DNA of 64,000 nucleotides from Zootoca vivipara (Eukaryota), in assembly GCF_963506605.1 (NCBI RefSeq), contig NC_083283.1:82088001-82152000 (forward strand). Reading direction: 5' to 3'. Positions 28,401 through 64,000 of this stretch are shown piece after piece (the first letter of the stretch is position 1; each line of letters opens with the position of its first letter). The notes under the pieces are model-generated. The model ran no database searches. It saw nothing but the letters and a program-made list of their open reading frames with translations, and had not been told where the DNA came from. The position numbers and the translations under genes are program-made.

Positions 28401-30738
28401 GTTGCGTTTGGTTTTATGGTACCAGATGTTAAATACAATGAAGCATACATCTCTTTTCTGTTTGTTCACCCTGAATGGAGAAGATCAGGAATTGCAACCT
28501 TCATGATCTATCATCTTATTCAGGTAGTTTTATTATTTATTCTCTTGAAAAGTATGATCTGTACCTTTTACTTTAAATACAAGTGCAAACAAGGCAGGTT
28601 TACTCAAGATTTATATCCCTTTGATGACCTACTTGTCGTTCAGTTGTCACATCTATGTTGTGCACATCAGTGGTGTAGCGTAGCATGGGGGGGGGGGCTG
28701 CAGAGGCAATTGCCCCGGGTGCAAAATTCTTAATGGGCTGCAGTGGTCCTGAAGGAGCTGCAATACTGGGAGGGGGGAGATGGCTCCCTTGCCTAGCCTG
28801 GCAACGGGTGTGAACTTTTCCTGGGTGGTTGGGTGGGCTGTGAGTGGGGAGTGGGTAGCCGGCCAGACCTTCCTGTGCCAGGGCAGAACCCCCTCTTGCT
28901 CCCTGCCCCCTTTGGTGCCTCGGGTTCGTATCATTAGCTTGCAGGTGTCATGCACAACATGCTGGTGCCAACAGTGTGCATGCCAGGTCGCTGCTGTGCT
29001 GGGTGGTCCCCTCATCTCCCTTCTGCCCTGGGGCCACCGCAGAGCACCCAGTCCAGCCCTTGTACAGGAGCAGGCAACCGTAGGCACGGCAGGGGCCATT
29101 GGAGTGCCTGGTGTGAATGAAGAGGCAACCATGTGAGCCTCCGCTGGCAGCATGCTGGCTCCTTGGCTGGACTGGTGGAGCTTTCTGTGGGTGTGCTACG
29201 AGCAGCTGAAGCGGCTGGTGCAGGGTGAGCTGCGGTGCCAGGGGGCTCCAGTTGTGAGCTTGGAGTCCACGTCCAGCACCTCCCAGGAGATCTCAGATCT
29301 CAGAAGTTGCACTAAAAAGGGGGAGGACCCAGGATGACATGCTAGCCCCCTTCCCCATGGTTGCCACTCCTTTTGCGCCTTAGTCCAGGCAACCCATGCT
29401 ACGCCACTGGTGCAGATTCATTAAGGACAGGAGAACACCCTTGTAAAATTTGTGGCTTGCATTTGGGATTCAGGTAGATGCCTAGTCGGTCCAATAGCAG
29501 CACAATCCTAAATTCCCAGTTTTCGCCAGCATGGAGCAAACTATCTGCTTTTTTATGTGTTGTCTTGAGTTCTGTAGCTTTCATATCCAGATTGAATGAC
29601 TTAACAAGCTCCTCATCACAAAACCTGTTGGTTCATTGACCTGTTGGTTCAAAATTTATTATCTGCTGGGGCTAATTGTTTTTACCCCGTTTGCAAGTAA
29701 TGAGATACTTCCACTTTCCACCACTCTTCCAGCTCTTCTTTCTGGTACATTTCTTAATTTATTCAGTGAAATTAAGGCTATGTAAGTGTTGCTGTAACTT
29801 TGCATCTTTTGAAGGTTGCTACTCCTTGTAGTTTACCAGTTGAAAGTACAGTGGTACCTCGGTTTATGAACACAATTGGTTCCGGAAGTCTGTTCATAAA
29901 CTGAAGCGTTCATAAACTGAAGCGAACTTTCCCATTGAAAGTAATGGAAAGTGGATTAATCCGTTCCAGACGGTCCGCGGAGTAACCGTTCATAAACTGA
30001 AGCGAACTTTTCCATTGAAAGTAATGGAAAGTGGATTAATCCGTTCCAGATGGGTCCGCGAAGTACTTAAACTGAAGCGTTCATAAACTGAAACATGGGT
30101 GTAATTGGTTCCGGAAGTCTGTTCATAAACTGAAGCATTCATAAACTGAAGCGAACTTTCCCATTAAAAGTAATGGAAAGTGAATTAATCCGTTCCAGAT
30201 GGGTCCGCGGCGTTCATAAACCGAAAATTCATAAACCGAGGTGTTCATAAACCGAGGTTCCACTGTACTGAATGACTGAGGTCCTTATCAAGTAGGATTG
30301 AAGGACAGTCAAACTTGGAAGCTAGCAATTCTTAAAATTTAGTATCCTGAATTCAGTTCCCCAAGAGAAATCTGTATTAGATGTAACCTGTGCTTTATCA
30401 TCTGTTATCGATGTATGTATATTAATGCATGATACTTCTGTCTGCTTTTAGTATCTCTTCCTCCTTCAAAGTTGTCTTGCTTTGACTGCACAGTGCTCCC
30501 ATAATTAGTTATCTCCTCATTTCCTTCCTCACATGTAACACTACTCTTTTTTTTCTTTTCACAGACTTGTATGGGCAAAGATGTAACCCTTCATGTATCT
30601 GCAAGTAATTCTGCAATGCTGCTGTACCAAAAGTTTGGATTTAAAACTGAGGAGTACATTTTAGATTTCTATGACAAATACTACGCTTTGGACAGTAAGG
30701 AATGCAAACATGCATTCTTTCTGAGGTTGCGGCGATGA
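16484..30738 (+). CDS. KAT14: Lysine acetyltransferase 14 (CSRP2BP/ATAC2), 10 coding exons, about 777 aa
   Basis: Exons 16484-16739, 18000-18118, 19200-19321, 19855-20036, 20879-21295, 23233-23792, 25838-25974, 26990-27165, 28333-28523 and 30565-30738, all GT-AG and phase-consistent (2334 nt). C-terminal GNAT domain (ISFLFVHPEWRRSGIATFMIYHL ... LHVSASNSAMLLYQKFGF) ending in FFLRLRR*. Confidence 0.97.
17541..17794 (+). mobile_element. Squam3-like tRNA-derived SINE
   Basis: A box TGGTGTAATGG, B box GGTTCAAGTC, core gctgggtgaccttgggctagtcac and a (CTT)n tail. Confidence 0.75.
20694..20818 (-). mobile_element. L2-clade LINE 3' end with (TAA)n tail
   Basis: Matches the 3' end of the L2 at 55615-56430. 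Confidence 0.7.
22302..22659 (+). mobile_element. Sauria SINE
   Basis: 5' gggatgtgggtggcgctgtggtctaaaccac, 3' (ACCTTT)-like tail, flanked by near-TSD TAGTAAGTCTA/TAGTGAGTCTA. Confidence 0.88.
23026..23143 (-). mobile_element. Short Penelope-like non-autonomous element with a degenerate hammerhead (CTAAAGA)
   Basis: Same family as 36148-36240 and 50062-50132/51083-51153; core G5 mutated to A. Confidence 0.6.
28668..29409. mobile_element. Non-autonomous hAT element (GC-rich, 742 bp)
   Basis: TIRs CAGTGGTGTAGC...GCTACGCCACTG with 8-bp TSD GTGCACAT/GTGCAGAT. Confidence 0.8.
29849..30265. mobile_element. Tc1/mariner (Tigger/pogo-like) MITE with internal tandem repeats
   Basis: TA|CAGTGGTACCTCGG...CCGAGGTTCCACTG|TA, with a repeated ttcataaactgaagcgaactttcccattgaaagtaatgg block. 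Confidence 0.88.
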
Positions 30739-31951
30739 TACTGCAAGGGAAATCTGGTCACTACAATAAAATACGGTTTAGCGCTCTTATTGAGGTGCTT
30801 TGTTGCCTTTATTGCTATTAAGTTATTTGTCTGTGGTCTTTACTGAGATTAGTGTGTATATAATATATATATATTACTACAATAGAGTCTGTGTGGCCAA
30901 GACAAATACAAATACAAAAACTCATTCCTTTTTCTGTAAGGATGGAATTGGTTGTCCTGTTCTTCATGAAGAACCCTTTTGACAAACTAGTTGATGATTC
31001 CCAACGAGTTCTCATACTGAATGAAGACACAAATGTTCCAACTATTCTTTGTAGAAAGGAATAAAATGTTTGACTCAATCGCTTTAGACATGACATTAGG
31101 TGGAAAAATCTAACCTGTAAAAATTCAGATTGGATAGATACATAATAAAAAGGCTGTGTGCAAATTCTTAGGGGCTCGCATAACAGCATGAAATTTATAG
31201 GATCCCTAATGTAGTGATTCAATGCTAATAAAGTGTTATGAGGTGTGCAATTAGCACATATGGCTGTCACCTTTATGAGACCTGAACATGCGCCACACTT
31301 TAACACTCCAAGGGTTAACAAGGACAACCAAGAGAAATCAAATGCAATTTTATTGTATCAAAAAGAGAATTAGCATACATGCTACAGATGCTAAACAGGT
31401 ACCGTATGTTGCAGGTATGTACCCAATTATTATATTGATATAGTCCATTATCAGGGATTTGTCAAGTACAGTGTTAATTCTCATTTGCATTTCCTCCTGG
31501 AAGGAAGTAGGTTAGGCCTGCGTGTGGCCATTCACATCTCCTGCAGTCATCCATAAGTGTGATAATGTTCAGGTGAGCAAGGCATGCTGGCATCCATATG
31601 TTCAAGGTGACCTTAGTCTGATGTCATGGTTTGTTGCTTAGGGATTTTATCTATCGTGCAGGTGTTTAGTTAGAACTTTATTTTTCCAAAGGCAAGGCAA
31701 ACCCCCCCCCAGCACATTGATACATTAAAACTAATGGGGGAAAATACATTAAAAGCATCCTGCCCGATTCTAAAAGGCCACAGATAGTTCCTGGGGGAGA
31801 GCATCCCGCAAATAGGAAGCTGCAACAGAAAAGGTCCATTCTCATGTTGCCACCCTCTGGACCTCTTGTGGAGGGGCACATAAAAATGGGCTGCAGATGA
31901 TGATCGCAGGGTCCAGGTTGGTTCATAGGGCGAGAGGCAGTCCTTGAGGTA

Positions 31952-32139
31952 CAGTCATACCTTGGTTTAAGTACGCTTTGGTTTGAGTACTTTCAGTTTA
32001 AGTACTTCGCGGACCCATCTGGAACGGATTCATCCACATTCCATTACTTTCAATGGGAAAGTTTGCTTCAGGTTAAGTATGCTTCAGGTTAAGTACAGAC
32101 TTCCGGAACCAATTGTGTACTTAAACCGAGGTACCACTG
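31952..32139. mobile_element. Tc1/mariner MITE in the DZANK1 3'UTR, nested in an old L2 fragment
   Basis: TA|CAGTCATACCTTGG...CCGAGGTACCACTG|TA; related to 29849-30265. Confidence 0.85.
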
Positions 32140-32157
32140 TATTGTAGCCCTGGGCCA

Positions 32158-57129
<24,972 letters not shown>

Positions 57130-57316
57130 CTAAATAGAAATGGTTATGATCTCAATTGTGCATGCTATGAATTGCAGAAGATTGCTGGAAACTTCTCCTC
57201 TTGGGATCCTTGAAAGGCTGTTTGCATGCCAATAACTTCCAGGGACGCTCAGTGGCACTGCTTGAGGCACACTCAGTGAGTCAAGGAGATAGGTCACCTG
57301 GATCTAGGCTCTGCAG

Positions 57317-57454
57317 CAGGTGCTAGGAACCTTTTGGCCCTCCAGATGCTAATGAACTACAATTCCCATCACCCCAGCAAGCATGCTCAATGGCCAGGGT
57401 TGGTGGGAGTTGTAGTTCAGTAACATCTGGAGGGCCAGAAGTTCTCCACACCTG
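57317..57454. mobile_element. Older hAT MITE related to family A
   Basis: CAGGTG...CACCTG ends with a ggccctccagatg / catctggagggcc core. Confidence 0.7.
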
Positions 57455-57699
57455 CTCTAGATAGCTCTCATTCAGGGGGCCCCCTCGGCCCCCTTTAGTT
57501 TCAGTCTTCAAAAATATCGCTAGAACCATTTTATGCTGTCTGAGCCTCATAATTTGATCATGATTATCCTGTTTTCAGTAAGCTTTTTTTTTAAAAAACA
57601 ACAACAACCACAAACCAATTTTACCATTGTTTTGTTATGTTCTGAGCGGCTTCCCTGGAGGAAACTGGGGATAGAAAACAAAGCATCACCCTTCGTCCT

Positions 57700-58280
57700 G
57701 TATCTATTACGGTCCTCGTCACCGGGGAGAACCGCTAGGTGCAACGGAATAGCCCCGGAACCACCGCCCCTCAGGCGACACTCACCAGCAGCCTCGCTCC
57801 GGACCCAAGGCTCGTCCGTCGCCACGGCAACCGCAGCCTCTCTTTCCCGCCAGCCCCGCCCCCGACGGACGCCTTCTGTTGACGTCACCTACCCCGTCGC
57901 CACGGCAACCGCAGCCACTCTTTCACGGCAGCCCCGCCTCCCTCGACTGGCGCCTTCTGTTGACGTCACCGGCATCCCCGCGACTCCCCTGGTCTCGCTT
58001 TGCGACGGAGGCTTCCGCGATGGCGGAAGCGAAGGCTCCGGAGCCTCTGGAAATAGAGAGCAGGTAAAAGCCGAGCCCGAGTCAAAACCGACGCCTGCAC
58101 CCAGGGGATCCGGGTGCCGCAGGGCTCTGTCCTCATCCACGTCTTCACAAGCGACTGGGAGGAAGGAATGGAGGGGAGGAGGCCCATCCTCTCTGCTGGG
58201 GTTGGAAGTGGAGAAGGGGTACCAAACAGCGCAGGAGACAAGATTCCCTGGAAGGGATTACGGCGCAAGCGGGGTGTTTG
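57700..58280. promoter_or_regulatory. Bidirectional CpG-island promoter DZANK1/POLR3F with duplicated X-box and CRE module
   Basis: Head-to-head genes. GTCGCCACGGCAAC at 57818-57831 and 57896-57909; TGACGTCA at 57880-57887 and 57961-57968; GC boxes in between. Confidence 0.85.
57786..57830 (-). other. DZANK1: Probable non-coding first exon of DZANK1 (5' boundary approximate)
   Basis: Strong donor CTG|GTGAGT on the minus strand at 57786/57785, inside the CpG island. The next acceptor, at 56993, is 14 nt upstream of the ATG. Confidence 0.6.
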
Positions 58281-61200
58281 TGTGGATAGGATCTCAGTAG
58301 GGACAAAGGTTAAGCTCCTTCACTTAGGCAGGAAGAACCAGCTGCACAGATATAGGATGGGAAGGGGGGGGAACACACCTGGCTTACTAGCACTAGTACA
58401 TGTGAAAGGGACCTAGACTCCTAGAGGGTCTTGGTGGACCACAAGCTGAGCATGAGCTCCAGGGTGATGTGGCAGAAAAAAGAAGAAGAGCTAACGCTAT
58501 TCTAGTCTGCATCCACAGAAATACAGTGTCCACATCAAGGGAAGTTATAGTGCCACTCTATCCTGCCTTGGTCAGACCACACTTGGGAGTCCAGTATCCA
58601 ATTCTAGGCACCACAATTTAAGAAGTGTGTGGACAAGCTGGAGCATGGGCAAAGGAGGGCAACCAAGATGATCAAGGGTCTGGAGAGCAAGCCTTAGGAG
58701 GAAAGGTTGAAGGAGCTGGATATGTTGAGCCTAGAAAAGAGGAGATTGAGAGGAGATATGATTTTGTTGTTTAGTCGTGTTCGACTCTTCGTGACCCCAT
58801 GGACCAGAGCACGCCAGGAGATATGATAGCCACCTACAGATATCTAAATGATCGTCTCATGGAACACAGAACAAGCTTGTTTTCTCCTGCTCTGTAGGGT
58901 AGGACTTAGATAAGATATCTTTATTGTCATTGTCCCCTTGCGGGAACAACGAAATTACTCGGTTGCTACATCCACTCAGATAAAGCATTCCGCATAATCC
59001 AAAATTACAAAACCTAATTAAAAACAGTAAATATAATACAAAATAACAAGTGAAATAAGATGACTTCAAAGTCCAATGGCTTCAGGTTACAAGAAAGGAG
59101 ATTCCAACTAAACATCAGGAAGAGCTTTCTGACAGTAAGAGCTGTCTGACAGTGGAAAGGTCTCCCTCGGGAGGTGGTGGACTCCCCTTGGTTGTAGGCG
59201 TTTAAGCAGAGGTTGGATGATCTAGTTGAGATTCCTGCATTGCAGTGGGTGGACTATATGACTCCTGGGGTCCCTTTCAGCTCTCCAATTCTATGATTCG
59301 GAGGAGTGTCTGGAGATGCATCTCCCCAGGCACATTTTAGCACCATCCAGTATCAGCATATATAACTGGGAGATTTAGGCCACAGATAATAAATTAAGGC
59401 ACAGTTCGTAGGCAACAACTCACATTGTCAGATGGCAGAGGATGTCCTTTTCAATACCCCTCCTGTATCTTCCTCAGGGGAAACCAAACCAAACCAGACT
59501 TTTCTACCATGGCCTCACACCAGGTGAGAGTCACTGTGCCTGACCTACAATGCCATATCCTGACAAACAGTGCAGGACTACCCTACCCCTGTAGCATCCC
59601 AAAACAGTCATCCCCACTGCCCACAACAGAGCTTGTTCTTATAGCAAGGCAAGCTCTGGACCACACCCACACTCCAGCTGTATTCAGTCAACCAGTAGTC
59701 AAATAGCATCCTACACTGCAGTCGCCACTCTTACCTGCAGGCAGATATCTCATTGGGCAAACCAGAATAATGCAGGCAAAAACCATACAGTCTTGCTGGG
59801 TAGGAGAATACACCAGGCTGGTACCAAACCAGCCCCCACTCCTAGTCTTTTGTCAGTTGGTTCTTAAGGGGCAGTGTGGCAGACACCATTCTTGTAGCAA
59901 GGCAGGCTGTGAACCAAGCCATATTTACTCAGCCAGCAATTTGACTTGGTTTGATTCTCCAGGGAGCTTTTAGCTTTTGACTCCCTGGTGTAGAGTTAGT
60001 TCTTGATTATTTTTCTTATTGTTATAGGTATTTGTTTTTTAACATTTTTTTTCTGCTGCTTTCTCAGTGATAGTTCTTTTTTTTAATTGCAATTAATATT
60101 TTTCTTATTAGATATTTGGGACTTAAGAAAAGAATAGATATACCGGTAGATGCTTTATGTTATGTTAGTTGTGGATTTGTTCTATAATTAGTGGTACTTT
60201 ACTTGCTATTTCTACTTTTGCCAGGATCATTGAGCTGTGCCATCAGTTTCCCCAGGGCATCACAGACCAGGTGATTCAGAATGACATGCCTCACATGGAG
60301 GCTCAGCAACGGGCCGTGGCCATTAACAGGCTGCTCTCAATGGTAAGACCTTCCTTAGTTCTGTTGTTGGTTGTCTCAAAAGACAATATAGTGTCTTAGT
60401 GTTTTTAAGTGTCAGGTGTAACTTCAGCCTGAACACAGCAGAGTTTGCGCAGGTTTTTCTGGAAGCTTCTGGTGGTAACTTAAATGACTAGACGTCTGGA
60501 CGCAGAATAAACTATATACAGGATTTATTAAAATAAAAGAAATCCAGAGTTTCTATGTACAACTTTAGAACTAAAAAACAAAGTAAAATAAATCCTTTCC
60601 TCTCTGTCTCTGTCTCTCTCTCACAACTGATACAGCACCTCTCCTCCTACACTGACCACACTCACCACACTACGTACTGTGCTAGCTTTCTCTGATAACA
60701 GGTCTCAGTGCTGATCTCAACCAATGAGAGCGCAGTTACTATGGCAGAAGTAGACCTTGGCTTTCTGCCCAGTGTTAATTGCTTGTCCTAGAGTTGAATG
60801 TGTGAAGAAGCAATCTGATGGTTTCTCATGCTACTAATTTAGCAAAACCTGAACAATAGTGCACCTACCATAGTTCTTTGACAGTATTTAAACTGGATTA
60901 CAGTATATATCGGGATAACGCACGTTCAGCGGTTAATGTGCGTAACAACCAGCTATTGTGCATATTCATGAAAACTCATGGAGAATGTGCACATAATCTG
61001 CTCATCAAGAAGAATTGCGTGTAAGGGGGGGGGAGCATGCTTCTGGGAGACTTTACTTACTTATTAGAGAATGTGCATATTGCTCAGAGAATGTACTGTA
61101 TAGAATTGTATAGAATTCAGCCAGGATATGGACCTTATTCAAAGCCTATTGGAGAATGTTCGTATCATGGCTATATTCTCTGGCCAATATGTGTAAGACA

Positions 61201-62653
61201 CTGCTTTACTCCTGCTACTGCTGGCAGAAACACCGCCAGCATTTGTGTTCTGCCCGTTGAGCCACTCTGCATATGAAGCAGGGGCCTCTGGTGGCAAATG
61301 GGGACCTTGATCATATCCCAACCCCGTCTAGCAAGCAACACCATAGATTTAAGCCTTCTCTTGAAGGCCGCTAATCTAGCTCATCTCATAATCTTCATCC
61401 ATTTGTCTAGCTTTGCTGCTTAGAACCATTTCACATATTGTACAACAGCAAATCAAGGTTTACTATAGAACATATGCTCAACAGAGAACTGCAGCCAAAT
61501 TTCCCTGACAAATATATCTGTTTGCCACACGTGTCCATAAAATTGTGCCATGCATATCCATAAACATGTGCACACATTACAATTTGTAGAGTATGCCTAA
61601 AAATGTAATCCATTTAGGTGTCCTTCAGAGTCACAAAAAAGAAATGTATAACATCTTAAGGGGGAAATACTTTTTTCCTGATCCATTAAGAATGAATATT
61701 AATTATATAAGGGAATATGCAGTATTAAATTAATACAGTCTATAAGTTTATTATTGAGTGTCTTTCATATTGCGTCCTAATGTTAAATCATTATTTTAGA
61801 AATAGTACAATAATGTGTGTTCTCTTAGGGACAGCTGGATCTGCTGAGGAGCAGCACTGGCCTTCTCTACAGGATCAAGGAATCTCAGAATGCTGGGTAA
61901 GCTGTGCTGTCAAAGCATCAACATTTTTTCTGCTTCTGTCACTGAGAAATTGATGGACATAATTGTAATTACCATAACACTGTAGCTTGGAAAATCACCT
62001 TAGGGTGAAAGAACATTTCTAAATAACTAGCAGAAAGCGCTCTCATCTGTGGTCAAATTCTAGTTTCTTTCTGACATCTCAAAATATGTATAGTATTTAT
62101 TTGTTTCATAAAATGTATTTGCTGCTTGATTGTCTGGGGAAAAAACCCTCAGAGTTGTTTAGTATTTAATTTCACATCGATCAAATCCACCAAGCTTTTC
62201 AACACAATTCACTTCTTATTTTGTCTTTCTGCAGTAAAATGAAGGGATCTGACAATCAGGAGAAGCTGGTATATCAGATTATAGAGGATGCAGGAAACAA
62301 AGGTAGTGTGAGTGTTTGTTGCTTTGTGTTTCCCACTTTGTGGTCTTCTTCACTGTAGCTTTTTAATTCCTGAATGCAGTAGAGTTAGAAAGGTTTTTTA
62401 TTTTACTTGGAGAAATGGCATTCAATACAGGGAAATGATGTGGGGGTGGTATTGTGAGAACCTGGATACATGTAATATGTAAAAATATGATTCAAGCTCA
62501 ATATGAATTAGTTTTCCTTTTTTTTCAACACCCAAAACAGGTATTTGGAGCAGGGATATTAGATACAAAAGCAATCTTCCATTAACTGAGATCAACAAGA
62601 TCCTGAAGAACTTGGAAAGCAAGAAACTCATTAAAGCTGTGAAGTCTGTAGCG
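58020..62653 (+). CDS. POLR3F: RNA polymerase III subunit RPC6 (RPC39), first 5 coding exons; gene continues past the window
   Basis: Exons 58020-58063, 60225-60342, 61829-61896, 62235-62302 and 62541-62653, GT-AG and phase-consistent: MAEAKAPEPLEIESRIIELCHQFPQGITDQVIQNDMPHMEAQQRAVAINRLLSMGQLDLLRSSTGLLYRIKESQNAGKMKGSDNQEKLVYQIIEDAGNKGIWSRDIRYKSNLPLTEINKILKNLESKKLIKAVKSVA. Confidence 0.96.
58298..59298 (+). mobile_element. CR1 LINE 3' fragment in POLR3F intron 1, interrupted by two younger inserts
   Basis: TKVKLLHLGRKNQLHRYRMG and later CR1 ORF2 3' sequence with an ATTCTATG tail. Inserts at 58763-58815 and about 58906-59065. Confidence 0.85.
60392..60855 (-). mobile_element. Probable solo LTR in POLR3F intron 2
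   Basis: TG...CA termini, 4-bp TSD ATAG, and AATAAA on the minus strand at 60524-60529. Confidence 0.55.
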
Positions 62654-64000
62654 GTGAGTAGCTCATAATTTTGAACTAATGCCTGACCGTTGTGTGGGGG
62701 TAAAGCATTTCTATTGTGTAACAGAAGAAATAGCTCTTAAGAGTCGTTGTCTAATTGTGGTTTCACCTGTTAAGTGGTAGAAATAATGGGTTTGTCTCTA
62801 ACGAGCGCCCTTGACTGAGAGCTGCAGCCATTCCTGGTTCCTGGAGGTGGTGGCCGTGGTTAGATGGGCCATCTGTCCTGGATGCTTTAGATGAGATTCC
62901 TGCATTGCAGGGGGTTGGACTAGATGACCCCAGGGCTCCCTCCCAACTCTAAAAGTTCTATGATACTGTGCACACAGGTCCTGCTTGCTGGTTTCTCACA
63001 GGCTTCTGGTTGGCCCCTGTAAGAACAGGATACTGGCCTAGATGGGCCACTGGCCTGATCCAGCAGGCTCTTCTTATGCTCTTAAAGAAATGAGCAGTGC
63101 TGCTGCTGCTGCTGCCCAAACCTCTGCCATTGTCATTGCCAGAGCCACCGATAGCCCCACACCATGGCCGTGCCTGTGTCTCTTGAGACTCAGGAATTGA
63201 GAAGATACAGACTTTTAAAAAGAATGTGGAAATTTTTTATAATTTACTTAGGAGACCATTGTGAACAAATAAAAACATTAGCTGGACTGTAAAAATAACT
63301 TGTAAATAAACGAAAATATGGATAATTTAGAGAAATGAAAACTGCAGAGAACGTAATGATATGGGGAAATCCAGCCAGATGGGTGGGGTATAAATAATAA
63401 TAATAATAATTATTATTATTATTAGTGGTAGTAGTAGTTTTAGAAAAAATATTTTAAGGACCCATGCAGGGGACTGGGGGAAGTCGCGAGATTCAGAGAA
63501 TCTCATATATGGATATGGTAAAAGTTTTTTTTCCTCCATTATTTTGAATTAGTTTTTGTAAAAACCAATGAAAAATATTTTTAAAAACAAAAACAAAACG
63601 AGCATACACAATGTAGGGCAAGTAGAGGTGAATATACAATTGTGCTGAAGCAATTCACTTTGGCAGAGTCAGAGAGATGCATGCACACAACTGTTTATGG
63701 CATGTAAAGAGAAGCAGTTGTCAAGAAGAAATTAAGGTAACTGAGGTGCAGACAAGGGGAAGTAACAGAGTGGAGAGATTGATGTGTTATTTATGTTGTA
63801 TGTTATATGATTTGATTTGAAACATTGTATATATCATTATTATTGTGTTATATGTTTAGTATGATTTAACTGTGAATTAATTCGATGTATTTTATTTTTT
63901 AATCTTAATAAATCTTAATAAAGGGGGGGAAATTAAAAAACAAAACTGTTTATGGCATTTCCCAGAATACACACGTTTTTATAGAAATCAGAGAATTGTA

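Noticed and set aside
29849-30265. Regularly repeated blocks superficially like a CRISPR array
   Set aside because: Vertebrate intron; the repeats are internal duplications of a TA-flanked mariner MITE and there are no unique spacers.
57533-58300. 255-aa ORF across the DZANK1/POLR3F promoter
   Set aside because: GC-rich promoter sequence; its internal peptide repeat only reflects the duplicated regulatory module.

Overview
Vertebrate genomic DNA, most likely from a squamate reptile and probably a lacertid lizard. This is inferred from the repeat content: Sauria SINEs, a Squam3-like SINE, BovB, CR1/L2 LINEs and abundant hAT and Tc1/mariner MITEs. The window covers the conserved block OVOL2(-), PET117(+), KAT14/CSRP2BP(+), DZANK1(-) and the first five coding exons of POLR3F(+). 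I rebuilt the exons by hand from splice signals and reading phase; comparisons to human orthologues are from memory, not from a search. Main observations: (1) three copies of a short element carrying a minimal type I hammerhead ribozyme motif of the Penelope-like kind, one with an intact core on the DZANK1 sense strand; (2) a bicistronic PET117-KAT14 layout, with both ORFs in one exon and an AATAAA 18 nt upstream of the KAT14 ATG; (3) a DZANK1 of about 612 aa that appears to have lost four internal exons, including zinc-ribbon exons, with decayed remnants still in order; (4) two GC-AG introns in DZANK1; (5) a tandemly duplicated RFX X-box plus CRE module in the DZANK1/POLR3F bidirectional promoter; (6) several nested or composite transposon structures. 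Most long ORFs in the supplied track are spurious or TE-derived.
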